From IMG/VR virus record IMGVR_UViG_3300045988_114486, positions 1 through 35,416 of that record: 35,416 bases of DNA; one strand, given 5' to 3'. Positions 32,801 through 35,416 of the stretch are shown here, in pieces. Made by a program: the position numbers and the translations under genes. The notes under the pieces were generated by a model. It saw only the letters and a program-made list of their open reading frames with translations. It was not told the DNA's origin and ran no database searches. Origin of the DNA: a virus. Positions within the stretch are counted from its first letter, which is position 1. Every line of letters begins with the position of its first letter.

Positions 32801-33610
32801 ATGATGACTGAACAAGAAATAAGTAGTAAATGTAAATCTTTGGATGCTAGTAACGATACTTTTAAAAATATCATTAAGGATTGTAAAAATCCTAAATTCA
32901 ATAATTTGGATAAATGGCAACACTTCCAGGCTATGGCCTTCAAAAAAGAAAACAATCCTAATATAAAAAACAGGTTTATTAAATATAAACGTGGAACAGT
33001 TGTTATGGTTAACTTTGGTACATCCATAGGGAATGAATTAAGTGGAAATCATTTTGCTATAGTGCTAAATAAAAAAGATTCTCCTAAAGCAGGAGAAATC
33101 ACAGTGCTCCCGTTAACATCTAAGGCTAATAAATCTAATATCAATTTAGGAAATGAACTAATTCAAAATATATTTAGTGACGTTTTAAAAAGTATTCAAG
33201 ATCTTGTAGCTTTTTCTGCAATAATAGAAGATTTATTAAAGGATGAAAAAGGAACTTTTAAATATCACGAAGGACAATCGGTCACATTTCATGATTCTTT
33301 GATTGAATATTATTGTATGACAATTAAACCGAAGAAGGCTGCTACTGATGGAACAATTCATTATACGACTGATGAAATTGCAGACATCATTAATAAAGTT
33401 ATTCATATGCTTCAAGATATCACAGATTACTATAATGAAAAAAATAAGGATTCATTTGCTAAGATTCTATCCATAACAACTATTAGTAAACATAGAATTA
33501 AAAAGTCAATTAATGTATTAGATCCAATTGGTAAAATACAGTTATCCAATGAAACAATGGATAGAATTGACACTGAAATCGTAAAAGCTATAACCAACAT
33601 TGCCTTGTAA
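32801..33610 (+). CDS. enlarged MazF/PemK-fold toxin-like protein (269 aa) with N-terminal extension and ~100-aa internal insertion
   Basis: Start moved to ATG 32801 (GAGGAGG SD). KRGTVVMVNFGTSIGNELSGNHFAIVLNKK....ITVLPLTSK and ...ITTISKHRIKKS....IGKIQLSNETMDRIDTEIVKAI align with EndoA/MazF [27 protein letters not shown]...ITAQ and EQIRTIDKQRL.DKIGHLDDEMMDKVDEAL. Confidence 0.65.
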   Translation: MMTEQEISSKCKSLDASNDTFKNIIKDCKNPKFNNLDKWQHFQAMAFKKENNPNIKNRFIKYKRGTVVMVNFGTSIGNELSGNHFAIVLNKKDSPKAGEITVLPLTSKANKSNINLGNELIQNIFSDVLKSIQDLVAFSAIIEDLLKDEKGTFKYHEGQSVTFHDSLIEYYCMTIKPKKAATDGTIHYTTDEIADIINKVIHMLQDITDYYNEKNKDSFAKILSITTISKHRIKKSINVLDPIGKIQLSNETMDRIDTEIVKAITNIAL

Positions 33611-33728
33611 ATCACTTGATTTTAAATAAATTCATGTTATTATAAAGATGAATTTCAGTGATGATACATTATATCAGGCACTGCTGGTATTTATTTCGGT
33701 AACACATTTGTGGGTGCCGCAGATACGG

Positions 33729-33766
33729 AAAAGCTATTCGGTTTCGGATAGCTTTTTCTTTTTTTG
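33729..33766 (+). terminator. intrinsic terminator
   Basis: AAGCTATTCG-gttt-CGGATAGCTT stem (one G-U on plus) followed by TTTTTCTTTTTTT. Confidence 0.75.
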
Positions 33767-33816
33767 TAAAATTAACAAAATTCTTAATTTATCATTCAGA
33801 AAGAAAGGAATTTATT

Positions 33817-34212
33817 ATGACTAATCATGAAATTGCAATGGAAGCATATTACTATTCAATCAACAATGAGTTGATTGGTGGCATCTCTAAAAAAAATGCA
33901 GTCAAATGCTTTGAACAGATTATTGCGATGCTGGATTCAGATGAAAGACTTAATCTTCCATTCATTACTGTAAATGGAAAATGCTTTGTAGCGACTAAAA
34001 AGCGCCTGATAAAATGTTCTAAAAACATGTTTGGATATAAGTTTAAAGAGTGGAATTGGAGTCAGATCAGGAACGTATTCTACAAAAAAAAATTAACAGC
34101 AGGAACTTTACTGCTGAATACAGTGGATGGAGAAGTTAAAATCTCAATCAATCGAGATGGCGCTGAGTTTGCTGGAGAAATATTGAGAAAGCTGAAAAAC
34201 GAAGCAAAATAA
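33817..34212 (+). CDS. bacterial PH-domain (YokE/bPH-like) protein
   Basis: ...FGYKFKEWNWSQIRNVFYKKKLTAGTLLLNTVDGEVKISINRDGAEFAGEIL fits the bPH pattern (short strands then a C-terminal helix). AAAGGA SD. Confidence 0.45.
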   Translation: MTNHEIAMEAYYYSINNELIGGISKKNAVKCFEQIIAMLDSDERLNLPFITVNGKCFVATKKRLIKCSKNMFGYKFKEWNWSQIRNVFYKKKLTAGTLLLNTVDGEVKISINRDGAEFAGEILRKLKNEAK

Positions 34213-34216
34213 AAAA

Positions 34217-34241
34217 TCCTGGATGCTACCAACATCCAGGA
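34217..34241. terminator. hairpin TCCTGGATG-N7-CATCCAGGA; the T-run is on the minus strand only
   Basis: Perfect 9-bp stem. It is preceded on plus by AAATAAAAAA and not followed by a T-run. Confidence 0.5.
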
Positions 34242-34336
34242 CGATTAAGAGTACTACCAATACTCTCACATAAAAAGATGACTACCACATCAAACTTTTT
34301 ATGTGCTCATTTTAGCATAGAACGGAGGAAATTTAA

Positions 34337-35416
34337 ATGCCTATTTATGAGCGCCTACACAATGGAAAGAAACAATGGTGTTACCGTTGTTACTATACTG
34401 ATTTTAATGGAGATCGTGTTCAAAAACATTCTAAATGGTTTAACACTAGAAAAGAAGCAGTGGCAGCTGAATCTACATTCATGCAGATCAAGGTTGTTGG
34501 AGACCAGAACGTAACCTTCTATGAAGTTACTTTAAAATGGTATGAATTTAAGTCTAGAACATTGAAGCCATCCACACTGGATACTAAAAGAGTATATCTG
34601 AATATGTTGTCTCCGCTTAATGATAAGAAGATGGCCAAGATTACATATCTTGATATCGATAACTTTTTCGAATTACCACAAATCAAATCTTATAAGTATT
34701 CAACTAAAAAGACGTTACTAACAAATCTTAGAAACATCTTTAGATTTGCGAAGAAACATTATGGTATAGTCAATGATCCATTTTTTAAGATGGCGCCTTT
34801 GGTTAAGCCTGTGGCCACGGAGGCTAAGAAACTTGAAATCGTGCCTAAAAGTGATTTTAAGACACTTTTTGAATATGCAGTAACATCTAGAGAGGGAGCA
34901 TGGAAAGACACGGCATACGCAATTTGGACGATGTATATGACAGGCATGCGTGTATCTGAATGTTTATCTTTAACCTTTGAGGATTTCGATGGTAAATACA
35001 TCCATATTCGTAGACAATATATTCGTGGTAAGTGGCAGACACCTAAGACCAAGAATTCAATTCGTAAGATTGCGGTTGATGAAAAGACAAAATCGTTTAT
35101 TTATGAATTGAAGAAATACTATTCTTCATTTGATGAATTTGAAGAATCATGGTTCATATTTGGTGGATATAGACATATGGATCCAGAGATATTAAGACTA
35201 AGAAAAAACAAATTGTGTGGAGAAGCTGGAGTTCCTGAATTCAATATTCATGCGTTAAGACACTCACATGCTTCAAATTTGATTGAGGCAGGTGTTAATA
35301 TGTACAAGATATCGAAACGTCTAGGACACTCTTCTATACGTACTACAATGGATATTTATGGCCATCTTATTGATACTGAAGAAGATGAGGTTTTGAATGC
35401 AATTTCTAACTTCTAA
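34337..35416 (+). CDS. int: phage integrase (tyrosine recombinase with N-terminal arm-binding domain)
   Basis: The N-terminus KKQWCYRCYYTDFNGDRVQKHSKWFNTRKEA is arm-domain-like. TGMRVSE, HALRHSHAS and the Tyr in MDIYGHL are catalytic motifs. GGAGG SD. The stop is at the window end. Confidence 0.9.
   Translation: MPIYERLHNGKKQWCYRCYYTDFNGDRVQKHSKWFNTRKEAVAAESTFMQIKVVGDQNVTFYEVTLKWYEFKSRTLKPSTLDTKRVYLNMLSPLNDKKMAKITYLDIDNFFELPQIKSYKYSTKKTLLTNLRNIFRFAKKHYGIVNDPFFKMAPLVKPVATEAKKLEIVPKSDFKTLFEYAVTSREGAWKDTAYAIWTMYMTGMRVSECLSLTFEDFDGKYIHIRRQYIRGKWQTPKTKNSIRKIAVDEKTKSFIYELKKYYSSFDEFEESWFIFGGYRHMDPEILRLRKNKLCGEAGVPEFNIHALRHSHASNLIEAGVNMYKISKRLGHSSIRTTMDIYGHLIDTEEDEVLNAISNF

Larger units (their letters stand above)
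2122..35416. mobile_element. temperate HK97-like siphovirus prophage (minimum extent; true ends/att sites not determinable in this window)
   Basis: Complete colinear modules are present: int, repressor/cro, replication, HNH-TerS-TerL, portal-protease-capsid, tail, holin-lysin. Confidence 0.9.

Noticed and set aside
33648-33824. 58-codon plus-strand ORF (MNFSDDTLYQALLVF...) between the MazF-like and bPH-like genes
   Set aside because: It has no SD, reads straight through the strong terminator hairpin and T-run, and ends inside the next gene's start region.
31962-34265. 12-nt identity GTACTACCAATA between the early leader (minus strand, 31961-31972) and the int upstream region (34251-34262)
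   Set aside because: For a ~35-kb AT-rich window compared in both orientations, tens of 12-mer coincidences are expected by chance. It is noted only as a weak addendum to the int-upstream finding.
3892-35052. About 30 track ORFs of 60-130 aa lying antisense to, or nested in alternative frames of, well-supported phage genes (e.g. 6179..6487, 8317..8706, 13690..13878, 14988..15176, 16940..17272, 17924..18130, 18001..18282, 22481..22801, 32702..33027, 34759..35052)
   Set aside because: None has a convincing SD. The products are low-complexity Leu/Ile/Phe/Ser-rich strings typical of antisense AT-rich coding DNA. Each is fully covered by a gene with family-level support or operon coupling.

Overview
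AT-rich, Firmicutes-style DNA with AGGAGG-type SDs and many ATGA-coupled genes. Positions ~2.1-35.4 kb are one temperate HK97-like siphovirus prophage with HNH/cos packaging, read almost entirely on the minus strand. From right to left it contains: an integrase and lysogeny module on the plus strand (32352-35416); a cI/cro-type switch with four 16-bp GTTTAA-N4-TTAAAC operators; early and replication genes (DnaD-like initiator with internal 11-bp iterons, phage dnaN, PcfK/PcfJ pair, a second tyrosine recombinase, SSB); a late activator; HNH, a cos region, TerS and TerL; portal, protease and capsid; head-tail joining genes; tail genes (G/GT -1 frameshift, tape measure, Dit, Tal, CHAP lysin, fibre cluster); XkdX; a Hol118-type holin; and an amidase endolysin. 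The left flank holds a truncated flavodoxin-like gene and a small promoter-driven operon (36-aa membrane peptide plus an RHH/acidic protein). The right att site lies beyond the window, so the prophage ends cannot be fixed. Candidates worth follow-up, none provably novel from sequence alone: (1) an enlarged MazF/PemK-fold protein with a ~100-aa insertion, sitting between the repressor and the integrase next to a bacterial-PH-like protein and a possible leader RNA; (2) a large terminase interrupted by one in-frame TGA, with an atypical Walker A; (3) a 26-bp stem that pairs perfectly only as minus-strand RNA, overlapped by a possible oop-like plus-strand sRNA, between the early regulators and the replication genes; (4) a PcfK(AcrIIA9-family)-PcfJ-orf68-recombinase block inside the replication module; (5) a plus-strand tail-anchored coiled-coil gene whose transcript runs antisense to early lytic genes. 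No rRNA, tRNA or CRISPR array was seen.
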